A stretch of DNA of 64,000 nucleotides from Fistulifera solaris (lineage: Eukaryota), in NCBI GenBank assembly GCA_030295235.1, contig AP026125.1, forward strand, positions 868,001 through 932,000, read 5' to 3'. The translations under genes were made by a program, and so were the position numbers. A model generated the notes under the pieces. The model had not been told where the DNA came from. It did not search any database and was given only the letters and a program-made list of their open reading frames with translations. Shown here piece by piece: positions 14,801 to 25,578 of the stretch; the stretch's first letter is position 1; each line of letters starts with the position of its first letter.

Positions 14801-14981
14801 TGCTAACCTTCATTCGAGATTCTCGGAATGCTGTCCAACCCACGGCATTGCAAACAGCGGCAACATTGACGACAAAGAACCAGATGATACCGTCGATGAA
14901 AGAGTTCGTCGTCTATTAGCTTCGGCCCGTAGCCATTCCAATCTTTCTCAAATGCCGAGTAGCTTCCAAGGATGGTTGTAA
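2884..14981 (+). CDS. TRRAP: TRRAP/Tra1 PIKK-family pseudokinase (HEAT-FAT-PI3K-like-FATC); introns ~5477-5556, ~6893-6959, ~7502-7569; apparent frameshifts near 3600, 5900-5950, 9355, 11230
   Basis: Tra1 signatures RKELLVATRH, LRPLAYTTLSDLVQHVR, AIELCLTIPARLSSLLPHL, LRTLEFWIDNL, RLLGKLGG, DAFLKLREQ, WVWLPWVPQLL and VPFRLT, ending MPSSFQGWL (FATC). About 12 kb of collinear ORFs. Confidence 0.95.
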
Positions 14982-15227
14982 GAATCATGCGCAATTGGCT
15001 CATGTCTTGCTCTTGCGAGATATCTATCACGATTAGAGACTTCAAGTGAGTACTCCCAGTATACGGATTGCTTGAACTTACCAAGAGTTGAATCCGGGCG
15101 TATTCTTTGACTAGATTTCAACAACATTCTCAATTCCAATCTCGGCAGACTTGGGTTCTTGCATAAATATTCCTGTAAAAATAGGATACGATTAATCACA
15201 AACCTTAGATCGTACTAAGTGAACTAC

Positions 15228-17572
15228 CTAATTGACCCACGTTTTGCGAGCCATAACGATTTCGTCACCAGCGTCAATATCCTTTGAAGCTACCAAGAAG
15301 AGGTCAAAACTCATACGATGGCGCTCATACACAGGAGAGAACTTCGGACGTTTTCTTTCGGGATGAGGAGGAAGCCAACGCGCAATATTGACTTCGCCTT
15401 CATTCTCCGAGCGGCGAACCAAAACACTACCGCCAACTTCAACGTAATGCTGGTTACTGCCCGAAGCACCGCTTTCGTGTGCATACTCTTCGAAGAACGC
15501 CAATAAGTCAGAAATAACTGAAACATTGTCGCCACCGGCTTCCACATTCCCTTTGAGTCCTTCAAAATTACGAGAATTAATCATGAGGGAGCTAGCCATG
15601 TGCTCCGAAAGGATAAAAGATCCTTTGGGAATGTCAACCGTGGCAAAGAGCTTTGAAACTGTTTCTCCTTTTTCGTCTGTTTCTATCGAAACTCTAAAAG
15701 AGCTCTGCTTTTCATCATCGAGATCCAGTTCAAACAGACCAGCATTTTTATCCATCGTACGGTAAGCACATTCAAAAGGCATTGGTTCGCGTCGACAATA
15801 AACAGTTTCCCAGCCCTTCTTCGGCCACTGATAGGAGCGCTGTGTGGTGCCATCGAAGAAAGTGAGAGCTCTCTTCTTGGAATGAGTTCGCACGATGCGC
15901 TCGTAAATCTGGAAGTCAACCTGGTCGCTGCGCGCATACCAACGGCCACGACAATTAGCGCTCTTACAAGCAATCAAAAAGGCATGGGGTTCCATGAAAC
16001 CACAGTGAGCTTCTTCGTACACAAACATCGCCTCGATAGTCGGATTCGCTTCGATTAGGTTAAACAAGAACTCCCGCTGCTTGTACAAACCGAAATCAGG
16101 ACGTGGATCATCAATGCTCGCCGCGGTACCGATTTGAATGACCAAAATACCCTCCTCCGACAAGCTGTTGATGAGTGCGTCCACGAAACTCTCGTCACTG
16201 TAAAGCTGGTTTGAAATTTCGCTTCCATCCTCTGGGTCGAGTGCGTCCAAGATAATGATATCCAACTCTTTGTACTGAGGCACAACCGAGGACGAAGCCC
16301 CGTATTGATCCACGAACCACTGGCGGCCATCTGTAAATTTGACATCTGCGAGCTTATCATCGAAGCAATTGTCGGCACGTCCCAACAAGTCGGAACAGTC
16401 TGACATGCTGGCAAGGTGCTCCCCGAACGATAGGAATAAGTTCTTCGTCGATTTCGAGCATGATGGCCGCTTCAATTGTTTTATGCTTCAAAACTTCTCG
16501 AAGAGTCGCTCCTTCGCCTCCTCCCAAAATCACGACATTTTTGGGATTAGGGTGGGCGAACATCGCGGGGTGAACTAATGCTTCATGATAGACGTGTTCG
16601 GATGAATAGACAGACTGGATGGTGCCATCCAAAAGAGCAAACGATCGGGAGTCGAGTATTCCGGACTATTCAGCCGAGGGTCTCCCGGAGTCATATTGTA
16701 TTTGATAACGTCTTCATAAGAAGGTGTATCAACGAGCTGCATGCAAAGGGAAATGTGAGCAACGGAATGGAAAAGAAGAAGGCGGTTTCGCGAGTAACGG
16801 TTGAAGAAACGATATTTCTCACCTCGACAAGATCCCAAATATCAACTTGCTGAAACTTGGTTCGACCACTATAGACTCGCTTCTTCGAGTACATTTCCAA
16901 GGGACTTAGGACCCAAAGACTCAAGTCCGAAGAATCCGCCAAGTAGTTCTTTTTGACCTCTTCTTCCGGACGGAATCCTCTCAATTCATGACTCCACTGC
17001 GTGTGAATCTTTTGATCAGGATTCTTGGTGCTTGGGATACCAAAGAGTCGTTCAATCGTCTCAACGGCAGGCAGAAGGGGCTTCGAACCGCACGTAAAGA
17101 GGTCCAGCGTGATGACACCCTCGGCGGGCCAGGTGTGGAACGAAATGTGCGACTCCAGAAGCACGCCCACGCAAGAGACGCCCGAGGGAACAAGAGCGTG
17201 ACAATGATACGATAGCATGTGAAGGCCGGATTCCTTCACTGTGTCAACCATCGCTTTCGACAGACGTTCCTCAGAGTTGAGGAAATCTTCATCGACGTAT
17301 TCAATGTCAACCAGCAAATGCTGACCAGCGGGGAGATGTTTTTCCTCAACGCTAGCAATATCCTCTTCCGAAATCTTAAAGAATTCGTCTCTGACACTCG
17401 GGTTGGCAGGCGATGAATGAATAAGAGTACTCTTCATGTTGTCGTCCAAGACTGGAACGGGCGCGAGGCTCACACCGAGAATAAACGATGCTGCCATAGC
17501 ACACGTGATCGCAACAAGGAAGACACGTATGTCAACCCGATAAAGACGTCTTTGATCATCCGCAGTCGCCAT
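15228..17572 (-). CDS. Multidomain fusion: N-terminal TM segment + bacterial-type S-adenosylmethionine decarboxylase + aminopropyltransferase (spermidine-synthase fold) + SET-like domain; intron ~16737-16822, apparent frameshifts near 16635 and 16410
   Basis: AdoMetDC: GQHLLVD and VGVLLE|SHISFHTWP..GVITLDLFTCG. Aminopropyltransferase: YHEALVHPAM, VILGGGEGATLREVLKH, EID, DIIILD. SET-like: LFATVDIPKGSFI and VASKDIDAGDEIV. Confidence 0.9.
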
Positions 17573-18265
17573 AGTTGATCGTTTTATTAAATAAAGAAAA
17601 AGCCCTATACGACGATTGAATACCAAACAATAAGAATACGGAGGCCAGAAGAAGAGGGGCAGATTATTATTTTTTTTTATCTCGAAGCGTTGAATGCTTG
17701 ATGCTTGATCCTGCACCTCGCACCTTGCCTCGCACTCGCACAATGCGAATGCGAAGCTGGTCCATCCGGATGATGTCGGATCGTACTATCAAGCATAAGG
17801 CAATTTCTGTCGGTTAAACGACGTTGGGAACCTAAATATTAACTTTACTCTCTTGTAAAGTGTATCTTACCATTGGATTTCATAGAGGAACAATATTTCA
17901 CACGTTTACTTTTTTACTCTGCAGCTTACAGTTCGATTATGCGAGTGCACGTGCTCACAGTACTACTGAATCAGTACCGCTAAGATAGATATTACCAGTT
18001 ACAGATTCTACTATATCATGCGTCGTATGCGACCTTTTGCTGTTACTGGTTTAATTCATTCGATACCGGTCTCCGCCAAAACTCTTGTCACTTTGACACG
18101 CGCGCTTTTCTCTTCGAGAGGGACGACGATGGACGATGCGAAATGGACAATGGACGACGCGACCAACGTCTATAACTGCTTACCAGTAACTCATCATTTC
18201 AACAGGCTTCTAGTAGTCACGATCACAAGAATTGCCGTCCACTTGTCGCTTGATTGAGTTTAACA

Positions 18266-18972
18266 ATGTCTATTTTTGAGGACATGAAAGGGCGAGCGAG
18301 ACTGATGTTCAGTCTCGAGTCTCGAGATGATAGTGAAGCGGAAGAGCAGAAACAAGTCGATCGGTTGGAGGAAATATCGGAGTACTGCCCTCAGCTCACG
18401 TTTCAACAGCGATTAATCGGTTTTGCTGTAAGCTTCTCCCTTGGCTGTAAGTACATCTACCTCGTTCGGATGACCTTGTCACCAAGTGGCTTTCCCGCAC
18501 GCCAATGACTCAATCGTTCAACGCCTCATGTTTTCTGCACAGATATGATTGCATTTTTCTCCTTCAGTTTTTTCATCGACTTGGTCGAAGGCAACCCAAT
18601 ACCGTTTGCTTGCAATTATACGGTGGGTCACATACTACAGCTGCTGGCATCGACCTTCCTTTGTGGTCCGAAGCGACAATTCAAAAATATGTTTGATGAA
18701 AAAGGAGACCGACATCTATGGTTTATTTGGGATGTCTCGCATCCACCCTGGTGGTAGTATTCATTCCATTACCGGCGCTTTTGAAGTTGATTGTGCTGCT
18801 CACGTTGATGATAACACAATTCTGCGCATCGAGCTGGTACAGTCTGTCTTACATCCCTTTTGGAAGAAGAACAGCTCTCAGAATAATGCGGAAGATGCTT
18901 GGAATAGAAGAAGGCAACACTTCAACAACCTACAGTAACTTATTTGGAGGAGGAAGTCAAGAGATTGTATAG
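18266..18972 (+). CDS. SFT2: Got1/Sft2-family vesicle transport protein; intron ~18447-18542, frameshift near 18700
   Basis: CPQLTFQQRLIGFAV, FACNYTVGHIL..ASTFLCGPKRQFKNMFD, QFCASSWYSLSYIPFGR. Confidence 0.85.
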
Positions 18973-19941
18973 ACAATCGCTAGTCAGCTGAATGTCATGC
19001 AATTACTGAACATCATAACCTTTCAAACCAGTCATCAGTATGCATTTTCGGATATTATGAGTGTGCATCGTGGTTACAAGTAATTGCGCTCATCATAAGG
19101 TGGCGTCCTGCTAGCGAATGAATTGTTTCATTTCCAAGGTACGGTCTTACTACGACAAAGATTTAAAAAAATAAGCTGATTTAAAGCCTGTAAATTGAGT
19201 CTTGTTAATGAATAGTAGCAGCATTTGAGCTGTAAGAAAAGTGTTTTAGCAAGGAGCTTCATGTGCAATGCTACCCTCGGTTTGTACAAGCAAGGGGAAC
19301 GTCGGAAATCCTCCCGTAAACTTACTTGAAAAATGTTGTCCGGTTTTCGCCAAGACTCGATTTCAGTCACGATACGGGGACTTATGTTTGATTTGTGAAT
19401 TGGGGATGCTTCTTCTGCTTTCTAGATAATACAGCTCATAATATGTCAACTCTCAATTGCACTTGTCGGTCGAGTTTTCCGAGAGCCAAGATACAAGAAA
19501 GGGAAATTATACGACGGAACTTTAAGCATACACCAGTCGTCGAGTTGGAAGTTGTTATATTAGTCCATGTCTTGGCTCTAGAGTTCAGTTTTGTAAGTAA
19601 TGAGCTCTCAGAAGTATAGGAGTAGATGATAACGTTAGTTTCATAAACTAGACCTACTCAATTCTCGCGAAATCCTTCGAAGTTCACTGGTTCTGAACTT
19701 TCCAAGAATTACTATACTGATTAGTGTAGATTACCTTTTCTCATTTTTTGAACTAAAAACGCGGCCCGCCGCCGTTGCCGTTTCGTCGTTTATTCATTCG
19801 GTAAAAAATCATCTCGTCAGACGAACATCACTATTACGTCAATATTCCTGGTCATTTTAGTCATGTTAGCCTTTCAATAGTAATTTCCATCGCTATTTAA
19901 TTAATCATTTTGTGCTGACAGCGACAGTATAACAGAGAACG

Positions 19942-21087
19942 ATGAGCTGCAATACATGTACCATTTGCCTCGATTCAGTAATTGGTGTGCAACCGATCGG
20001 TGCTGCTTATCCCTGTGGGCACGTCTTTCATTTAGAATGCTGGGATGGCTGGGTAGCTTCTCAACACTGCAGACAAGCGAAATGCGCCATGTGCAATCGT
20101 CCATCGGAGGGTTTCTCTCGGCTTTATTTGGACTTTCTCGGCACCAATGACGACAACGTCTCTCTCAGTTCTTGTAGTGAGGCAGGTCAAGAAGAGGACG
20201 AATCATCCGAATGCGAACACGACGAAGCAATAATTGCCACAAATCACGAAGATAGCGCCCAGCAGGATGTCAAAGTCATAGATGGTGGATCGATTCAGAA
20301 TGCTAACTCCGTAGAAGAACCGTCAAACAATGCTACGGGCTTGCACAAGAACGACACAGAGAAATACAAGAAAGTCGCAAAACAACTCAAACAACGCAAT
20401 AAATACTTAGCCGCACAGATAATGGAAAGCAACAAAGCACTCGAAGAAACGAAACAAAGCTACGAGGCCGAATGGGATAAGCGACTGCAGTTCGAAAAAG
20501 AAGTTCAATCCCTGAAGGAACAATACAAGTTTGCACATTTGGCATTGTCAGGTGCGAACTTGGAAGCCGCAGCGTTGAAACGACAACTTGCGGAACGAGA
20601 GTCAAGCTTGGAGACTACAAAGGCTAGCTTGGACTCATTGAAAGCAACCATGGAAAAACTGCAAAAGTCCTACGACGAAAGCTTGAAAAAGGCTCGAGCA
20701 AGCAGCATGGCGGAAGTCCGACAGATGTTGATCGACTATCCAAAAGTAGTACAGGAGAACAGAGAGCTCAAAAATAGGTTAAATGCTGCGGAATCGAAGC
20801 AGTTGAGCAAGGTACCTTCAAAAGCGAGCCACGAGAAGCCACCGGCCATTGGCATGAAGAGGAAAATGGATCTTCTAAAAGAACTTGATCGGAAAACATC
20901 TCTCAAGGCGGCGAATAATGTGACCGATAACAAAGCCGAACAGCGAGAAGCAGAAATTCAACTCTGCCTGCAAAAATCGTCTTGTGCTACCGCGCTTTCG
21001 CGGACGTTACAAGCAAAGCGCCGACGTTCCCCGCTGGATGTGTTGAACAATGGTGGCAACGCGCGACACGCTATCCCTCCACGGTAA
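19942..21087 (+). CDS. RING-H2 + coiled-coil E3 ligase (TRAIP-like)
   Basis: N-terminal CTIC...CGHVFHLECW..W..CAMC, a long heptad-rich region, and a C-terminal D-box-like RSPLDVLNN. Confidence 0.7.
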   Translation: MSCNTCTICLDSVIGVQPIGAAYPCGHVFHLECWDGWVASQHCRQAKCAMCNRPSEGFSRLYLDFLGTNDDNVSLSSCSEAGQEEDESSECEHDEAIIATNHEDSAQQDVKVIDGGSIQNANSVEEPSNNATGLHKNDTEKYKKVAKQLKQRNKYLAAQIMESNKALEETKQSYEAEWDKRLQFEKEVQSLKEQYKFAHLALSGANLEAAALKRQLAERESSLETTKASLDSLKATMEKLQKSYDESLKKARASSMAEVRQMLIDYPKVVQENRELKNRLNAAESKQLSKVPSKASHEKPPAIGMKRKMDLLKELDRKTSLKAANNVTDNKAEQREAEIQLCLQKSSCATALSRTLQAKRRRSPLDVLNNGGNARHAIPPR

Positions 21088-21482
21088 CGTAAATATGATT
21101 TCAAAATCTTTTGTAGCTATCGAGGTGTTGTTGCTACTATTTAACTTTTTCGAGCCCTCAGGTCAAGCAGACGGAAAGAGGGCCACTAAGACCGCCGAGA
21201 GTCTTGCAGTTTCGAGAAGATTCAAACATTGTCGCTGCAAGTGGTCGACTTCATCATCGTAAATGACGCTAATGAGAGGTTCGTGATGTTTTAAGGGATG
21301 AAGAAGCGGAAGTTAGTGAACACTGATTCGTAGTACGGCCTTGTAGCTTGTAGATAACGTAGATTCATGACTAAAATGCAGTCGTGGCTATGTCAATTAT
21401 ACACTTTAGCCTATAGTTAGTGGGAAGGGACTTCGGTTCGAGTTAGACAACATTTTCGCCGTAATCGAATCGCTTCATTCAA

Positions 21483-22726
21483 GATTTCGTCCTTCTTTTC
21501 AACTTCAAGTCAACTTCTTAGGCCTCCATTGAATTTTCATGAACGGAGAAAAGCATTTGCAATGCAGAGTTCGTATTCACTCGTTCTAGATGCTTCGGGT
21601 TGCTTCTCGCATTTTGTACTCTAGGCCAAAGTGTTGGTTTACGGGAACCACGACAGCATCATTTCAGTCATGAACATTATTCTAAAATCTACACGAAAGC
21701 CCATTTGCACGAATTTCGTCCTTCTTTTTTAGCTTCGTAGGCCTCAATTAATTTCATTAATGTAGAAAAGCATTTGCAATGCAGAGTTCGTATTCACTGG
21801 TTCTAGATGCATGCTGGTCGCTTCTCGCATTTTGTACTGTAGGCCAAAGTGTTGGTTTTCGAGAACCACGACAGCATCATTTCAGTCATGAACATTATTC
21901 TAAAATCTACACGAAAGCCCATTGATTTTACATTAATGGAGAAAAGCATTTTCAATGCAGAGTTCGTATTCATTCGTTCTAGATGGTTGCGGGTCGCTTT
22001 TCGCATTTTTTACTGTAGGCCAAAGTGTTGGTTCAGAGAACCACGACTGCATCATTTCAGTCATGAACATCATTCTATAATCTACACGAAAGCCCATATG
22101 CGCGGATTTCGTTCTTCTTTTAGCTTCGTAGGCTTCATTTGATTTTACATCAATGGAGAAAAGCATTTTCAATGCAGAGTTCGTATTCACTCGTTCTAGA
22201 TGCTTGCGGGTCGCTTTTCGCATTTTTTACTGTAGGCCAAAGTGTTGGTTCAGAGAACCACGACTGCATCATTTCAGTCATGAACATCATTCTATAATCT
22301 ACACGAAAGCCCATATGCGCGGATTTCGTTCTTCTTTTAGCTTCGTAGGCTTCATTTGATTTTACATCAATGGAGAAAAGCATTTGCAATGCAGAGTTCG
22401 TATTCATTCGTTCTAGATGGTTGCGGGTCGCTTTTCGCATTTTTTACTGTAGGCCAAAGTGTTGGTTCAGAGAACCACGACTGCATCATTTCAGTCATGA
22501 ACAGCATTCTATAATCTACGCGAAAGCCCATATGCACGGATTTCGTTCTTCTTTTTAGCTTCGTAGGCTTCATTTGATATGACATTAATGAAGAAAAGCA
22601 TTTGCAATGCAGAGTTCGTATTCATTCGTTCTAGATGCTTGCGGGGCGCTTCTCGCATTTTTACTGTAGGCCAAAGTGTTGGTTCAGCGAACCACGACTG
22701 CATCATTTCAGTCATGAACATTATTC
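21483..22726. repeat. Satellite A: tandem array of ~217-bp units (~5.8 copies)
   Basis: The unit start 'atggagaaaagcatttNcaatgcagagttcg' recurs at ~21544, 21760, 21936, 22153, 22370 and 22588. Central copies are near-identical, edge copies diverged, and one unit is shortened by ~40 bp. Confidence 0.95.
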
Positions 22727-22748
22727 AAAGAGCCAGTACTGTACACGA

Positions 22749-23236
22749 CATGAGTAAATGGTAAACCCTGGGGTGAAGATGTGTCTGTTCTCAACCGTTT
22801 TTTACGTGATACACCGTGCTTGTGCGCATGTCAGCATTGGTGTCCCCCATTTTGAATTTTGTCAGGTGCGACATTCGTCGAAAATCGAGCCGTGAAAAAT
22901 TTTCACCGTGTAATTATCACGACGAAATGATCGAACTTTGCATGCCAACACCATTTTCAAAGTATGGTCCTGCCATTAGCCGTCGCAGCAAAATGACTTA
23001 ATTATTTATTTTGGAACGATTTGCGTCGTCGGCTAATGGCAGGACCATACTTTGAAATTAAGGTAACCAAACTAAGATCAGCATTATGCCGTGATGTTAC
23101 ACCGTGAAGTTTCGCTGCAATATTTTTTTGAGCAGCGCGAAAGACTCTGACGACGGTCAAACGTTGAAAAACAGGTGCCACTAGAGACGGGCGAGGACAG
23201 ACTTGTCTTCACCCCAGGGTTTACCATTTACTCATG
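22749..23236. mobile_element. Non-autonomous DNA transposon (MITE), 488 bp, P-element-like termini
   Basis: Perfect 31-bp TIR CATGAGTAAATGGTAAACCCTGGGGTGAAGA (imperfect to ~44 bp). 7-bp TSD TACACGA at 22742-22748 and 23237-23243. No transposase ORF. Confidence 0.92.
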
Positions 23237-23692
23237 TACACGAGGTCAAAAATCACGAATCACGCTTGCAATTTTCAGTCACTAGTGTCAGAGTCATAGT
23301 TTTCGCGGTTCCGTGTTCTTGTTTCTTGTTCGGTGTGATGGAAATGTTCTGCACGCGGCTTCGCCGCTGTAAAACGTGTACTGTACGTAACGTCACGATT
23401 TCTTTGTGTAAGATTCGATTTGCTAGAAAATCTTGAATCTCTTTCCCATTACCCCGGTTAAAAAAGACTCCGTCAGCAAGTCAACATACAATTGAACTAC
23501 CGACAACATTACAGAGTAATTGAAGCCAATGCTCTGTTTAGAAAGTGCGATGATGACGAGTCGGTTGCCTGCGAAAATCATGATTCGATCACCTGGGTTC
23601 TTGAGATCATCATCTGCATCCGTTGGGTTGACATCGTGTCAACCCGCAGCGAAAAAACACCCAATCGATTGCGTCTCCACTCCACTTGTACC

Positions 23693-24601
23693 ATGGATCT
23701 TGTGAGTAACGCTGTTTCACCTAATGTTGTATTTTCTACCCTCCAGCACGCCATTCGTCGCGACGTGTTACAGCCCTACTCCGGAAATAACGTCCCGAGC
23801 ACGATATTCCAGCAGCATCTCATGGAAAGCGCCCTGCTCGATCACCTCGAGCCGCGTGTCATTGCCGATGAAATGGATCTTGTGCAAGCAGCTGAGAGGC
23901 GTGAGCAATATGACAAAATCATTCTTCTATTGCATCACGGCGAGAACTTGGGTCAGGTGCTAGCCGGTCCAGAACAAAACCAAATGAACTACAATTTGTG
24001 GTGCGAAGAAGATCCGGAATCCTTGACCGGTAAAGGGATTGGTCAAGCGTTGACACTCTCCCGTCGCATGGCTGCCTTTTGCAACGAAGACACGCGCCTT
24101 CTTCCTGAGCTTATTGTGGTAGCGCCTCTTCGAAAGGTGTTGCAAACCACATTTATGGCCTTTCCCTACGATACGCCAGCCCACACTATTCGAAACGTCA
24201 AGTGGGTGTGCCACCCGGATATCATTGAAAAGTCATCGGTTTCTCTCCGTGATATAAAATCAGCGTTTGGCGATATCGATTGTTCCCTCTTCTCGGATGA
24301 TCGGTCGGAAGACGTGTGCGCAAACAGAGAAGAATCTCTTCTACAGCGTGCCGACTCTTTTCTCAATTGGCTCAACTCTCGGGAGGAGCGTGTTGTCGTT
24401 GGTAAGCTATTACTCTTGCGTGCTTCTGTCTCATTGCTTTCCGTAACTGACATTTAATCGTTCTTGTTCTTTTCAGTTTCTGGAGACACCGCTTCCATCA
24501 ACACATTGAGTTGCCGCCTCCAGAGTATTCAAGGCACCATTCCACGAGCATTTCATAATGGCGAACTTCGCACGTACGGGGTTCATTTCTCGTACATGTG
24601 A
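23693..24601 (+). CDS. Histidine phosphatase / phosphoglycerate-mutase-like protein with degenerate RHG motif; intron ~24402-24476
   Basis: KIILLLHHGE (normally RHG), SLTGKGIGQA, IVVAPLRKVLQT, EESLLQRADSFLNWL..REERVVVVS. Confidence 0.6.
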
Positions 24602-25578
24602 AGTCGTGATCACAAATCACAAAACCTGTAGCTTTGCACATCTGAAATTTTCTACATCTGCCATTATTAATGAAAACACAAATACCTTTTAACTTTCAAT
24701 AAACGAATATAAATAATACTCCGTAAATTTAAATAATACTCCGTAAATTTAAAAAGAAGTCAAATCTAAATTTTAATTAACTAAGGAGATTGCGTTCATC
24801 GAAAACTCACTGCGACCTTGGGCACGAAGAACGGGCTCGCCAAGCCATCTGGGACGGCAGAAGTGGTTGCGCCAACGTCAGCTTTAAAAGCGGCAATTTT
24901 CGTCGACCCGACGAATGGAGAAATCTTCGCGACATGTCCCATTTTGTCCAGCGCAGCAGGAGCTAGGATGGTGAAACGTAAGGCATTTCACAACAGGGTA
25001 AGAAATGTAGAAGATTATTAGAATGGAACATAGCGCCAATAAACGACATACCTGGCTTGAATACAGAGGCCGACTTCATTGCAGATTGACTCAGTCTAAG
25101 AAGAAAATAAAAGATTTGCAGCATCGTAAAAGTGAGGAACAATATCATGAAATACTCAGCCAAAAGTAAATCAACGCAACTTTTTTCAAAAAAGTGCACG
25201 GCACTCTTCGTACTATGTCAACGTAAATACTTCGTATTTGAAAATCTAACTAAATCCAACAAGTTACACTTATAATGCAAGTGGTAATCAGCGACAAGCG
25301 AGGACTGAACGCAAGCAAAAAGTTTCAGCGATCCGTACCAGGTTTCGAAGCAGCACTACTTACCCCGTCAAGACAGTTTTGTTCGAGATAATGCTGGGGA
25401 TCGAGACCATTCTGTCAAGGCACTAACACTTTACGAAATTATTTGTTCAAAGTCTCCGACGCGAACGTTGTTGGTGTTGTTTGTTCTTGCTTTGACGGTG
25501 CTGCTGCTTGCTTGCACCTGTGTATACATCGTCGTCGTTCGTCGTCAGCGTCGTCCGCATGAAGCGAAGAACAAAGTT

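Noticed and set aside
2884..14981. Frameshifts in TRRAP (and in most other genes) read as pseudogenisation or programmed frameshifting
   Set aside because: They affect nearly all genes, including essential ones, often near homopolymers and without motif decay. Long-read indel errors are the simplest explanation.
21420..21460. GGTTCGA as a tRNA T-loop
   Set aside because: No acceptor stem, D-arm or A-box could be built around it.
24780..25560. Possible small minus-strand spliced gene left of satellite B
   Set aside because: There is a GTAAG donor-like site near 25350, but no recognisable protein and no consistent exon chain.
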